Shown here: piece by piece, positions 1 to 9,041 of the stretch | Layout: each line of letters opens with the position of its first letter | Numbering within the stretch: the stretch's first letter is position 1 | Source of the DNA: Acidobacteriota bacterium | GTDB lineage: Bacteria > Acidobacteriota > Blastocatellia > RBC074 | Length of the DNA: 64,000 nucleotides | Assembly: GCA_016789605.1 (NCBI GenBank) | Contig: JAEUQO010000202.1 | Location: 421-64,420, forward strand | Reading direction: 5' to 3' | Program-made: the position numbers and the translations under genes | Notes under the pieces: generated by a model | Told to the model about the DNA's origin: nothing | Seen by the model: only the letters and a program-made list of their open reading frames with translations | The model's database searches: none

Positions 1-1541
1 TCCGCCGTGCCCATGTTCGATCCATACAGCACCAGCAACGGCGTTCCGTGTTGCCGCACTTGTCGTGACGAATTTGCCGGATTGGGTTGCGCCTCGCCTG
101 CGCGCAGTTCGACAGGCTGCCCGGTTGCCGTGTGAACGTTCCGATGTCTGCGCGGACGAACTTTGATTTTGAAGCCGTCGGGTTTGAGCGTCAGCGATTC
201 TTTGATTTTCAGTTGATAGCGCGTGTGGTCAACCAGTTCGAAGCGATGCAACAGCATGCCCAGCACGAGCGTGGCTTCTTGCAGGGCGAATTGCCGCCCG
301 ATGCAGGCGCGTTTGCCGTTGCCAAATGGTTTCCAGGCATTGGGCGGACGTTTGGCTTCGTTGGTAGGGCTGAAATGATCTGGGTTGAACCGTTCGGCAT
401 CCGGGCCCCAGATGCTGGGATCGCGGTGCAACATCGGCAACAACACGGTGATCGTATGCTGATGTTTGATTTTGTATTTGCCGCCGATGACGGTGTCTTC
501 GTACGGATACAAACCGAACACCGGCGCGGTCGGCCACAAACGCAGCGTCTCTTTCAGGATTTGCGTCAGGTAACCAAGCTGGTTGACCTGTTTGTATGAC
601 GGTTTGATGTTCGGATCAGGACCGAGCACGCGATCAACTTCGTCATAGGCTTTGGCCAGCACGTCGGGGTTGTTGAGCAGCGCGTAAATCGCAAAGGACA
701 ACAAGCCGCTGGTAGTTTCGTGACCGGCAATCAGGAAGGTGATGACCTGATAACGGATGTTGACGTCGTCGAGGCGTTCGCCGGTTTTCTTGTCTACGCC
801 GCTCAGCATGTAACTGAGCAAATCGGGTTTGCTGGCCAGGTCTTCGCCGCCGGTTTTGCGTTCGCGGATGATGCGATCCACGGTTTCGTTCATCGTGCGA
901 ATGCTGTCGTGCAATTGCCGTTCGCGGCTTTGGCGAATCAGACTTTCCATCGGCACGTCACGCAATTCATCCATCGTGATGCCCAGCGCATCAGCCATCG
1001 CGCCGACAAACGGATGTTCTTTGTCGTGGTAAAACGAATTGAACCGGTAATCGAACCCGCTCAGCCCGATGGTGTCCACCGTCAGGCTGGTCATATCGCG
1101 CGCGACGTCAATTTCTTCGTCCGGATTCAACCGATCCCATTTCAGCGCCATTTGTTCGGCGATGTCGAGCATCATCGGGTGATAACTTTCCATCGCCTTC
1201 TGGTTGAAATTGGGCAACAGAATGTTGTGCGCTTTGGCCCAATTGGGTTCTTCGGTTTTTGACGTGAACAACCCGTCGCCGCCAAACCGGCGCACCAAAC
1301 GCAAGCCGCCGCGAATGCTTTTGTCGAAGCGTTTTTCGTCTGACAGTTCGTTGACCAGATCGTAGCCAGACACGATCACCACGACGCGACCGCGCAGTTC
1401 CAGACGGTAGATCGGCCCCAGTTCGCGCGCCAAGCGCCACATATCCTGCACAGGCGTTTCGGCGCTCAGTGTGAGCAAATGGCCGAGCAAAAACTTTTCG
1501 GGTGGTTCGGGAATGCGCGCAAACGTCTGGTTCTCACTCAT
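1..1541 (-). CDS. Bifunctional cytochrome P450/NADPH-P450 reductase (CYP102/BM3-like), runs off the left edge
   Basis: Not in the ORF track; translated by hand from ATG at 1541: MSENQTFARIPEPPEKFLLGHL..., I-helix AGHETTSGLLSF, heme motif KPFGNGKRACIGRQFA, then the flavodoxin start HGTPLLVLYGSNMGTA at the window edge. Confidence 0.93.
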   Translation of the reverse strand, partial: MSENQTFARIPEPPEKFLLGHLLTLSAETPVQDMWRLARELGPIYRLELRGRVVVIVSGYDLVNELSDEKRFDKSIRGGLRLVRRFGGDGLFTSKTEEPNWAKAHNILLPNFNQKAMESYHPMMLDIAEQMALKWDRLNPDEEIDVARDMTSLTVDTIGLSGFDYRFNSFYHDKEHPFVGAMADALGITMDELRDVPMESLIRQSRERQLHDSIRTMNETVDRIIRERKTGGEDLASKPDLLSYMLSGVDKKTGERLDDVNIRYQVITFLIAGHETTSGLLSFAIYALLNNPDVLAKAYDEVDRVLGPDPNIKPSYKQVNQLGYLTQILKETLRLWPTAPVFGLYPYEDTVIGGKYKIKHQHTITVLLPMLHRDPSIWGPDAERFNPDHFSPTNEAKRPPNAWKPFGNGKRACIGRQFALQEATLVLGMLLHRFELVDHTRYQLKIKESLTLKPDGFKIKVRPRRHRNVHTATGQPVELRAGEAQPNPANSSRQVRQHGTPLLVLYGSNMGTA

Positions 1542-1553
1542 GGTCTTTTCCCT

Positions 1554-1985
1554 TCAAACAAGCGGCGCAAGCAACGCAATGCGCAAACCGCACACACGGC
1601 TTTGCCAGGTCAGCCATTGCGCCAGACAGGCAAATTGTGCGGGCAGCGATTCGAGGTCAGGCGTTTCGGTTGGTGTAAAGACATAGGCCGTGGCTTCGTG
1701 CGCCTGGCCGCCCAGCCAATAGCGCACGCCGGGATGCGCTGGCAGATTTTTGACCCATTGCGCTTCGCTGCGCACGGTGCTGAACACCAGCGCATTTCCC
1801 CAACGCGCCGCCAGCACCGGCAAATTGATTTTGCGTCCGGTTTTGCGTCCGGTGGTTTCGACGACAACGGTGCCGACCGGCAACAGCAGCGGATTTCCCA
1901 GTCCGGCGCGGATCAGCGGCTCGGCAATTTGATTCACGCCGAAGAAAAACTGTTTCTGAAATTCGGCCAGCGTTTGCGTCAACAT
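1554..1985 (-). CDS. Nitroreductase-like deazaflavin (F420)-dependent oxidoreductase family protein (DUF385-like)
   Basis: 143 aa with ETTGRKTG and WVKNLPAHPGV motifs typical of the Ddn/DUF385 family; same strand as its neighbours. Confidence 0.75.
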   Translation of the reverse strand: MLTQTLAEFQKQFFFGVNQIAEPLIRAGLGNPLLLPVGTVVVETTGRKTGRKINLPVLAARWGNALVFSTVRSEAQWVKNLPAHPGVRYWLGGQAHEATAYVFTPTETPDLESLPAQFACLAQWLTWQSRVCGLRIALLAPLV

Positions 1986-2009
1986 CGTCAGCCTCTTTTG
2001 CGCAGAGCG

Positions 2010-2570
2010 TTACAGGTTCAATCCGGTGACGTCATAGCTCATGACGATCAAATCGTGCGTGCGGCCTTCGCGATCCATCACGTAATCGGCGAGCAAGGCT
2101 TCGGCCTTGAACCCCAACCGCTCAAACACGGCGACCGCGCCGCGTTCATCGGCGGCCATTTGCGCAACGACTTTTTGCAAACCGGCGGTTTCGGCCAATC
2201 CAAACACTTCGTTGGCCAGCAAACTGCCCAATCCGATGCCGCGCGCCGCCGGGCTGACGAGCAAACGAATGTTGCCCAGATGGCGTGCCCAGGTGGTTTC
2301 GCTGCGCACGAGCGTGCCCATACCCAGCAAGCCGCCTTCTGCTTCGGCTAGAACCGTGACGGTGCGCCCGGATTGCAGGCTGCGCACCCAACCGTCAATG
2401 ACTTTGGGATGTGTGATGTCGAGCGGAAGGAACAACAGGTCATCCGCCGGAAGCGATTGCGCAAACGAGAGCACCGTGTCGCGGTCGGTTGTTTGCATCA
2501 GGCGCAAAGTGATCTGTTTGTCTTTGAGCGTGGTCGTCCAGGGATAAGATCGTTTCGCTGCTAGCGTCAT
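2010..2570 (-). CDS. GNAT family N-acetyltransferase
   Basis: Acetyl-CoA motif VSPAARGIGLGSLL and FERLGFK; ATG at 2570 chosen over TTG at 2594. Confidence 0.85.
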   Translation of the reverse strand: MTLAAKRSYPWTTTLKDKQITLRLMQTTDRDTVLSFAQSLPADDLLFLPLDITHPKVIDGWVRSLQSGRTVTVLAEAEGGLLGMGTLVRSETTWARHLGNIRLLVSPAARGIGLGSLLANEVFGLAETAGLQKVVAQMAADERGAVAVFERLGFKAEALLADYVMDREGRTHDLIVMSYDVTGLNL

Positions 2571-2672
2571 CGTCGTCTGGTGCCTTTCTGCCAAGCTGCC
2601 AAATTGTCAGCAAGTTGATGGAGATGAAAATGTGCGCGGAAGTTACCACAGCGGACGGATGGTGAGAAGGCG

Positions 2673-2826
2673 CAGAGCCAAGACAGCGCGAGAGGGACAG
2701 CGAGACAGAAAAGACAGAGCGACCAGGCAAAGCGCGACACACTGGTTTGGGCCTGTGAGCGCTTGCCTGCTGCTCGTCTCTCGTTCTCTTCCGTCCCTCG
2801 TTCTCTACGGACCTTCTTTGCTGTCT
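2673..2826. repeat. Imperfect purine/pyrimidine inverted repeat built from ~8-nt AGnGnGAC-like units
   Basis: Left arm AGACAGC..GAGGGAC..GAGAC..CAGGCAAAGCGC (2681-2735); the reverse complement of the right arm (2759-2826) reads AGACAGC..GAGGGAC..GAGAC..CAGGCAAGCGC. Confidence 0.55.
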
Positions 2827-2828
2827 GA

Positions 2829-3437
2829 TTATTTCTTGTCCGTCGGGCGGAAGAAGGGAAGTTGCGTCGCTAGATCGAGCCAGCGTTTTTGAATTTCGAC
2901 GTAATTGTTCACGGCCTGTTCGGCGAAATCGGCCAGGGCTGCGGCGGGCGAAGATTCTTCCAGGCGCAATCCGTCTTTGAGCGCTTTGATCGCCTGCGTG
3001 TTTTGTTGCGCGGCAAAATCCAGCCACTGATTGCGCGCGCTGACCACGGTTTCAATGCCTTGTGACGCGAAATCCGACATCGAACGCGTTACGTCGGCGG
3101 GTGTGAAACTGGCGCCTTCGCGCAAGGCTTCGACAAATTGCTGGCTCTGTTGTGACACGATTTCGGACCAGCGTTTTTGCGCTTCGACAAAACCTTCGTA
3201 GCCCTGGCGCGCCCAATCACCCAGCGCGGGCGTGGGAGCCTGACGATAAAATTCCATGCCTTGTTCGATGGCTTTCAGCACCAGTTTGTTTTGTTGCTCA
3301 GCGATTTGAATCCAGCTTTTCTGGGCTTCGACCAGATGTTCGATGACCTGTTTGGCCCAATCGGCAGCGGGATTGGCAGCTTGATTGGTTTCAGGCGCGG
3401 GCGTTTCGTTTTTGGTGGATTTGGCTTTGCTCGACAT
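2829..3437 (-). CDS. Phasin-like (PHA/lipid granule-associated) amphipathic helical protein
   Basis: 202 aa, Ala/Gln/Glu-rich and predicted helical, with repeated V(E/S)xQxxW units; lies near phaR; RBS AAAGGA upstream. Confidence 0.55.
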   Translation of the reverse strand: MSSKAKSTKNETPAPETNQAANPAADWAKQVIEHLVEAQKSWIQIAEQQNKLVLKAIEQGMEFYRQAPTPALGDWARQGYEGFVEAQKRWSEIVSQQSQQFVEALREGASFTPADVTRSMSDFASQGIETVVSARNQWLDFAAQQNTQAIKALKDGLRLEESSPAAALADFAEQAVNNYVEIQKRWLDLATQLPFFRPTDKK

Positions 3438-3482
3438 AACGTAAGTCCTTTCTGTGAAGCGAAATAATGCGTGGCCGCGAGG

Positions 3483-4367
3483 TTATTTTTCGCCGCCGTC
3501 TTTATCGGTTGAATACAGATTGCCGCGTTGCTGTTGCGCCGTAGGTTGGTTCGACGCCGCAGCGCGCCGCGCGCCTTCGAGAAACGGAACCGTCCACCCC
3601 AGCGCAAAATCCATCAGCCGAGGCGCGACCGTGTTGAAAAAATTGATGGCCATCGCATCCAGCGCCATCACGATTTCGGGTTGGGGGAATTGCGCATCGC
3701 GCACAATGACTTTGGCCATTTCGCGCGCCGGAAATTTGGGCAACGCGTTGGGCATTTCCAGGCCGGTTTGGTTGGCGGCGGCTTCAAAGATTTCGGTTTC
3801 AACCGCGCCGGGAAAGATCGTGCTGACGTCAATGTTGTCGCTCATCAATTCCGCGCGCAGCGATTCTGAAAAGCCGGCCAGCGCAAATTTGCTGGCGCAA
3901 TAGGCCGACTCAAACGGCATCCCGCGTTTGCCGAAAATCGAAGAGACGTTGATGATCACACCGCCGCCTTGCGCTTTCATCTGTGGCAAAACCGCCTTGC
4001 ACGCATACACCGCGCCCCAGAAATTGACGTCCATCAGGCGTTTGAAATCAGCCAGCGATTGATCGGCAAATTTTGCCGCGATGGCTACGCCTGCGTTGTT
4101 GACCAGCGTGTCAATGCGGCCAAACCGCGCGCTGGCTTTTTCGATCAAGGCCGTCACTTGGGTTTCGTCCGCCACATCGGTCGGCACGGCCAAGGCTTCT
4201 CCGCCTTGCGCTTCGATTTCGGCCACCAGGGACTGCAACCGTTCGACGCGGCGACCTGCTACCACAACGCGCGCACCTGCGCTCACAAATTCCAGTGCCG
4301 TGGCGCGGCCAATGCCACTGGTTGCGCCGGTAATCACGACGGTTGTTCCGCGCACTTTGCGAATCAC
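3483..4367 (-). CDS. Short-chain dehydrogenase/reductase (SDR)
   Basis: TGATSGIG, NNAG and YCASK motifs; GGAGG RBS before the GTG start. Confidence 0.93.
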   Translation of the reverse strand: MIRKVRGTTVVITGATSGIGRATALEFVSAGARVVVAGRRVERLQSLVAEIEAQGGEALAVPTDVADETQVTALIEKASARFGRIDTLVNNAGVAIAAKFADQSLADFKRLMDVNFWGAVYACKAVLPQMKAQGGGVIINVSSIFGKRGMPFESAYCASKFALAGFSESLRAELMSDNIDVSTIFPGAVETEIFEAAANQTGLEMPNALPKFPAREMAKVIVRDAQFPQPEIVMALDAMAINFFNTVAPRLMDFALGWTVPFLEGARRAAASNQPTAQQQRGNLYSTDKDGGEK

Positions 4368-4716
4368 GGTGCAGTCCTCCTCGGTTCGATTTCAGTGTGG
4401 TTTGGGATGCGATCGAGCGCCAGCATAGGCGCGAAGTCGTGAACTGTCAAGAATAGATTTCGCATTTGCGAGATAGAGTGGATAAGTGTTGCAAATTAAA
4501 GAGTTAAATTTTGATATTGCTCTATGGTAATGGCTGTGTGAAAAGCGAGGGCGGCTAATAGTTTGAGATTATCGCTGAAATGGGCAGGTTTTGCCGTGGC
4601 GGCAGGTGGTTTGGGTTTACTTCGCGCCTGCGAAGTTTGATTAGTTCAGTCTTTTCAATAGAATAGCAGGATTTGATGGACACCTATGCTGCGCTCGTGC
4701 TAAGTTGCGCGGCGTT

Positions 4717-5196
4717 ATGGCAAAGAATTCATCCGAGAGCGAAGACCGCGTCATCATCAAGCGGTACGGCAACCGCCGGTTGTACAACACCGAAACCAAA
4801 AGCTACGTCACCTATCAGGATTTGCTGCAAATCATACGCAAAGGCGTAGACATTCAGGTCGTGGATTCGGCGACCAAAGCCGACGTCACCAAAGCCGTGT
4901 TGATCCAGGCGATTTTGGAAGAAGAGAAGAACGACAAGAATCTGTTGCCGCTGCCGTTTCTCTTTCAGCTCATTCGTTCGCAGGAAGGCGCAGCCCAGGA
5001 TTTCTTTCGCAACTATCTGTCGAGCAGTTTTGAAGCGTATTTGAAGACGAAGGAAGAATTCGACAAACGCTTCCGTGGCTTGCTGGAAATGACCGCCAAT
5101 GCGCCGCAGATGTGGGAAAAGTTCATTCCGGGCGCGGACGCAATGAAAGAGTTTTGGGGATTGAACAAGAAACCGGACGAAGACAAAAACAAGTAA
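4717..5196 (+). CDS. phaR: Polyhydroxyalkanoate synthesis repressor PhaR-like regulator
   Basis: N-terminal [20 protein letters not shown]...[15 protein letters not shown] matches the PHB-accumulation DNA-binding domain; also [11 protein letters not shown]. Confidence 0.88.
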   Translation: MAKNSSESEDRVIIKRYGNRRLYNTETKSYVTYQDLLQIIRKGVDIQVVDSATKADVTKAVLIQAILEEEKNDKNLLPLPFLFQLIRSQEGAAQDFFRNYLSSSFEAYLKTKEEFDKRFRGLLEMTANAPQMWEKFIPGADAMKEFWGLNKKPDEDKNK

Positions 5197-5202
5197 CGCC
5201 GA

Positions 5203-6408
5203 TCATTCGGCGGCAAGCGGCGCGAGTCGTTCGATGGCATTGAGCAAGGCGCGGGCATCCAGCGCGCTTTTGTAGCTGAAAACAGTGGGCGGCAGATTGA
5301 CGGGCGCTTCGCGGCTGCCGCGCAATTCTTCAGACACTGCAAACAGATAGTTTTCGACGCCGCTGTGCGCAAATTCCTGCAACCGATCTGTCAGATAACG
5401 CGGCGTCCAAAATCCCAAAAGCTCCAAATAGACCTGCCGACCGTCTGGATGACCAACCAGAAAATCTGGCGCCACTGCGCCCGCGCCCAAATCAAGCACT
5501 TCCTGACTGGCGAACAATTGCCACTGGCAACCGAGTTTCGCCCATTTGCGCACCAGCTCTTCACGCACGGATTCGTCCGGCGCAAGCTGTTGCCAGCCTT
5601 CCGCGCCGATTTGCGTTTGCTGGCTGTCCATCTCAAAAAAGGCGCGTTTGTTGTGTTTGGTTTCGATTTCCGCACGAAGTTGCCAGCCCTGACACGCCAG
5701 CAACGCGGGCAAAAACACCGCCATTTGAATTCCGTATTTCTGTGAACGATGAAAGAGCGAAATTGGCCCGCTCAGTCTGATTTCGTATCCGGCGTCGGCG
5801 CTTCCTCTGATGTCATGGATTAAGCGGTAGCGTTTGATTGCTTCGAAAAGCTGACGGTAGCCGGCGGGAGCTTGCGGTTTTACGCGCAACACCAATTCGA
5901 CACAGCGATACAGCAGGGCTTGCGCCTGCGCCAGATTGTATTGCGCCAGCAGCTCTTGCGCATTGAGTTCGGCAAATTCCAGCAGGCGCTGGTTGTCGGG
6001 CAAATCGGCATACAGGCTGTCGAGCACTTCCTGGGGGGCGCAACCGGCTTGCGTGGCTGCTTCGGTCAGCAGTTGTTCTTTGACCGAAGCATTGGCCGGA
6101 TGATGCGCGCGCGCCAGCAAAAACAGCGTGTTGCGCAATTCGGCGGGTTCGACGGGGGCAACGGTGGCAAAGGTGCAGCGATCTTGCAGCAGTTTGATCA
6201 ATCCGCGCAGGATGCGGTAATCGGTGCCGATGCCGATGTAATCGTCCAGCGCTTGCGCAAGCTGCAAGCGTCGGTGTCCCTGATGATCGCGGACGAGCGC
6301 GATCAACTCTTCCGCCGCGCGCACATAGGTTTCATCGCTGGCATCCAAATAACGCGGCCCGATGCGGTCGCCGCGTTGCCAGCTCAAAGCCAGATCAGCC
6401 GTCAGCAT
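5203..6408 (-). CDS. DUF790 family protein (Bax1-like PD-(D/E)xK-type endonuclease)
   Basis: Starts MLTADL; contains YNLAQAQALLY, GPISLFHRSQKYG and C-terminal PDF...YLELLGFWTPRYL; overlaps the upstream helicase stop. Confidence 0.85.
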   Translation of the reverse strand: MLTADLALSWQRGDRIGPRYLDASDETYVRAAEELIALVRDHQGHRRLQLAQALDDYIGIGTDYRILRGLIKLLQDRCTFATVAPVEPAELRNTLFLLARAHHPANASVKEQLLTEAATQAGCAPQEVLDSLYADLPDNQRLLEFAELNAQELLAQYNLAQAQALLYRCVELVLRVKPQAPAGYRQLFEAIKRYRLIHDIRGSADAGYEIRLSGPISLFHRSQKYGIQMAVFLPALLACQGWQLRAEIETKHNKRAFFEMDSQQTQIGAEGWQQLAPDESVREELVRKWAKLGCQWQLFASQEVLDLGAGAVAPDFLVGHPDGRQVYLELLGFWTPRYLTDRLQEFAHSGVENYLFAVSEELRGSREAPVNLPPTVFSYKSALDARALLNAIERLAPLAAE

Positions 6409-7825
6409 CTTCGTCACTCCAGTGAGGCCAGTGGGGGGCCTGTTCCCGCACGTCTTGAAATTGGCCCGCATTGCTGCGTCGCTGGCTGGTGTGTTCTTCG
6501 GTGGTTTCGCCGGTCACGATTTCATACAGCACCGCTTCTTTGTCGGGTTGTTTGCGCAAAATGCGCCCCAACCGCTGAATGTGTTCGCGCGCCGAACCGG
6601 AACCGGAAAGCACAATTGCCACCGACGCCGCCGGAATATTCACGCCTTCGTTCAGCACTTTTGACGTGGCGAGCGCCAACACCTCGCCGCGATTGAACGC
6701 CTCTAGCCAGGCGCGCCGCTCTTTGATCGGCGTTTCGTGTGTGAGCGCAGGAATCAGAAATTGTTCTGAAATGCGATACACCGATTCGTTGTCGGCGGTA
6801 AAAATCAGTGTGCGTTCGTGGCGATGACGCGCAAGCAATTCGGCCAGGACGCGCAACTTGGCTTCGGTGCCAAAGGCGATGCGCTTTGACGCGCGATACG
6901 CCAGCATTGCACGGCGTCCGGCTTGGCTGCGGGCACTGGCAAACACAAATTGTTGCCAGCCTTGCGGGCCGTACATGCGCAATCCTTGCTGCTGTATAAA
7001 TTCGCGATACACACTACGCTGGCGCTTGTAAGCCTGGCGTTCTTCATCGCTGAGCTGCACGCGTACGCGCACAACGCTGTAATCGGCCAGATAATCACCG
7101 GCCAGTTCTTGCGCTTCGCGGCGATACACGGTCGGCCCGATCAATGGTTCGAGCAATTCTTCGCCGCCGTCGGCGCGTTCGGGCGTGGCGGTCAATCCCA
7201 GGCGAAACGGTGCAATCGCCAGTTCGGCGGCATAGCGGTGCACGCTGCCCGGCAGGTGATGGCACTCGTCAAACACCAGCAAACCGAAGCGATTGCCCAG
7301 CCGTTCCATAAAGCGAAACGCCGAGGCATAGGTGGTGATCGTGATGGCGCCGATTTCGAAATAGCCGCCGCCGATCAAACCGATTTCCGCGCTGAAGGCC
7401 GTCAGCATCAGGTCGTACCACTGATTCATCAAGTCAATCGTGGGCACGACGACCAGCGTCTGACGTTGGCAATGTTCGATGGCCATTTGCGCAACCAGAC
7501 TTTTGCCTGCACCGGTGGGCAACACGATCACGCCGCGTTTGCCGGTTTGTTGCCAGGCCGCAATGGCTTCTTGTTGATACGGGCGCGGTTCGGTGATGAG
7601 CTTCGGCGGAAAATCGAATTCGAGATATTGGCGGGCTTCGTCCGTGTGCGGAATTTTCTGGCGGACGAGTTCGATGACGACCTGACGATAGCTCAGCGCG
7701 GGCGCACGATAACGCCGCACGCGCTCATCCCATTGCCAAACGGCGGGCAGGGAATCTGTTTGGGCTGCGCCGTCCAGCAACAACGTGCCAGCCTCAAAGC
7801 GCAGAGTGAATGCAACCGGATTCAT
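6395..7825 (-). CDS. XPB/Rad25-like SF2 DExH helicase
   Basis: Q motif PRPYQQEA, LPTGAGKS, DECHH, GLTATPER, VLNEGVNIP and QRLGRILR. Confidence 0.92.
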   Translation of the reverse strand: MNPVAFTLRFEAGTLLLDGAAQTDSLPAVWQWDERVRRYRAPALSYRQVVIELVRQKIPHTDEARQYLEFDFPPKLITEPRPYQQEAIAAWQQTGKRGVIVLPTGAGKSLVAQMAIEHCQRQTLVVVPTIDLMNQWYDLMLTAFSAEIGLIGGGYFEIGAITITTYASAFRFMERLGNRFGLLVFDECHHLPGSVHRYAAELAIAPFRLGLTATPERADGGEELLEPLIGPTVYRREAQELAGDYLADYSVVRVRVQLSDEERQAYKRQRSVYREFIQQQGLRMYGPQGWQQFVFASARSQAGRRAMLAYRASKRIAFGTEAKLRVLAELLARHRHERTLIFTADNESVYRISEQFLIPALTHETPIKERRAWLEAFNRGEVLALATSKVLNEGVNIPAASVAIVLSGSGSAREHIQRLGRILRKQPDKEAVLYEIVTGETTEEHTSQRRSNAGQFQDVREQAPHWPHWSDEDADG

Positions 7826-7874
7826 CGCGGCAAAGGGAATTAGCGTTTATGTGAGGCAGCGATCAGCGTTGCGT

Positions 7875-8885
7875 TCAGTCTTCGGTAAAGCGGTTGGGGC
7901 CGACGTGTCCGACCATCATTTCGATTTTCTGTTCGGTGCTACCGCGATAGAACGTGATCTGCACTTTGTTGCGCGGTTTGACGGCTTTGATGCGGCGCGC
8001 CAATTCGTTGGGCGTGCGAACGGCGTGACCGTCCACCTCGACAATCACATCGCCCGGACGCAAGCCGAACAAATCCGCCGGTCCGTTGTCGTTGACGCGT
8101 TCGATTTCGACGCCGCGCCGTTTGGTGCCCGGCACACAGCAACGGCGGGTGGTTTCGCCGATGCCCAAAAATCCCTGATCGCGCGGGTCTACCGGTTCCA
8201 ACCAGGGCGCGACCGCCGGATCGCCGACTTTGATTTGCGCGCTGATGGTTTCTCCGTCGCGATGCACCTTGACCGGGACTTCCGTGCCGGATTTCAGCGA
8301 ATTGAGAATGCGATCCAGATCACGCGCATCGCTGACTGGTTGGCCGTTCAGTTCGGTGATGACATCGCCCGCTTCGATTTTGGCTTGTGCGGCGGGGCCG
8401 TCGTCGCTGACCAGTTGATTGACGAAAACGCCGCGAATGTCTTCATAGCCCGCTTCGGAAAGCCGCGACGCCATCACGCCCAACGCGTTTTGAATGCTTT
8501 TGTCAGGTGCGCGGCGCACGTTTTCGCCGCTGGCGATGCGGTTATGAATTCTGCGATTGCGTGAAATGGTGATCCCGGCGACTGAAAACGCGAAAAACAA
8601 AATGACGAAAACCGTCAGCCAGACGAATTTGCGGCCAAAGAGCGTTTTGAGCAGCGACGGTTTGTAAGGAGGCGTCAGCGGTTGCGCCGTGGGGTAAACG
8701 GATTGCGGTGGCGCATACAGCGAAGCGTTCGGGGTGGACAACGGCCCGGTCGGACGCGGTGCGTGCGGATCAAACCGCCGGGTGTCATCCATTTCTGTGA
8801 CAGAAACTTGCAGCGCCGCGCCGCAGTTTCGGCAAAATCGCGCCCATCCTTGAGTTTCGGTGTTACACGCTGGGCAGCTAGTCAT
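7875..8885 (-). CDS. Zinc-ribbon, single-TM, tandem-PDZ membrane protein
   Basis: CPAC..FCRNCG at the N-terminus, Pro-rich linker, TM segment FVWLTVFVILFFAFSVAGI, two PDZ units (GPAAQAKIEAGDVITELNG; GPADLFGLRPGDVIVEVDG). ATG at 8885. Confidence 0.8.
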   Translation of the reverse strand: MTSCPACNTETQGWARFCRNCGAALQVSVTEMDDTRRFDPHAPRPTGPLSTPNASLYAPPQSVYPTAQPLTPPYKPSLLKTLFGRKFVWLTVFVILFFAFSVAGITISRNRRIHNRIASGENVRRAPDKSIQNALGVMASRLSEAGYEDIRGVFVNQLVSDDGPAAQAKIEAGDVITELNGQPVSDARDLDRILNSLKSGTEVPVKVHRDGETISAQIKVGDPAVAPWLEPVDPRDQGFLGIGETTRRCCVPGTKRRGVEIERVNDNGPADLFGLRPGDVIVEVDGHAVRTPNELARRIKAVKPRNKVQITFYRGSTEQKIEMMVGHVGPNRFTED

Positions 8886-9041
8886 AACGTCTCCTGATTG
8901 TTTACGGGATGTATGCGAACCGCTTCCCCATACGAGAAGGGGGAGGCGTTTGTTCAACGCCGGGGAAAATATGCCCCGGCCTGCCCTGCGCAAGCAAGCT
9001 GTCTGCTCAGAAGGTGGTGATTCTTTGTCGTTTGAGGTGAG

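Noticed and set aside
87-1262. Plus-strand ORFs of 170 and 180 aa
   Set aside because: They are antisense to the P450, which the ORF track missed because it has no stop inside the window.
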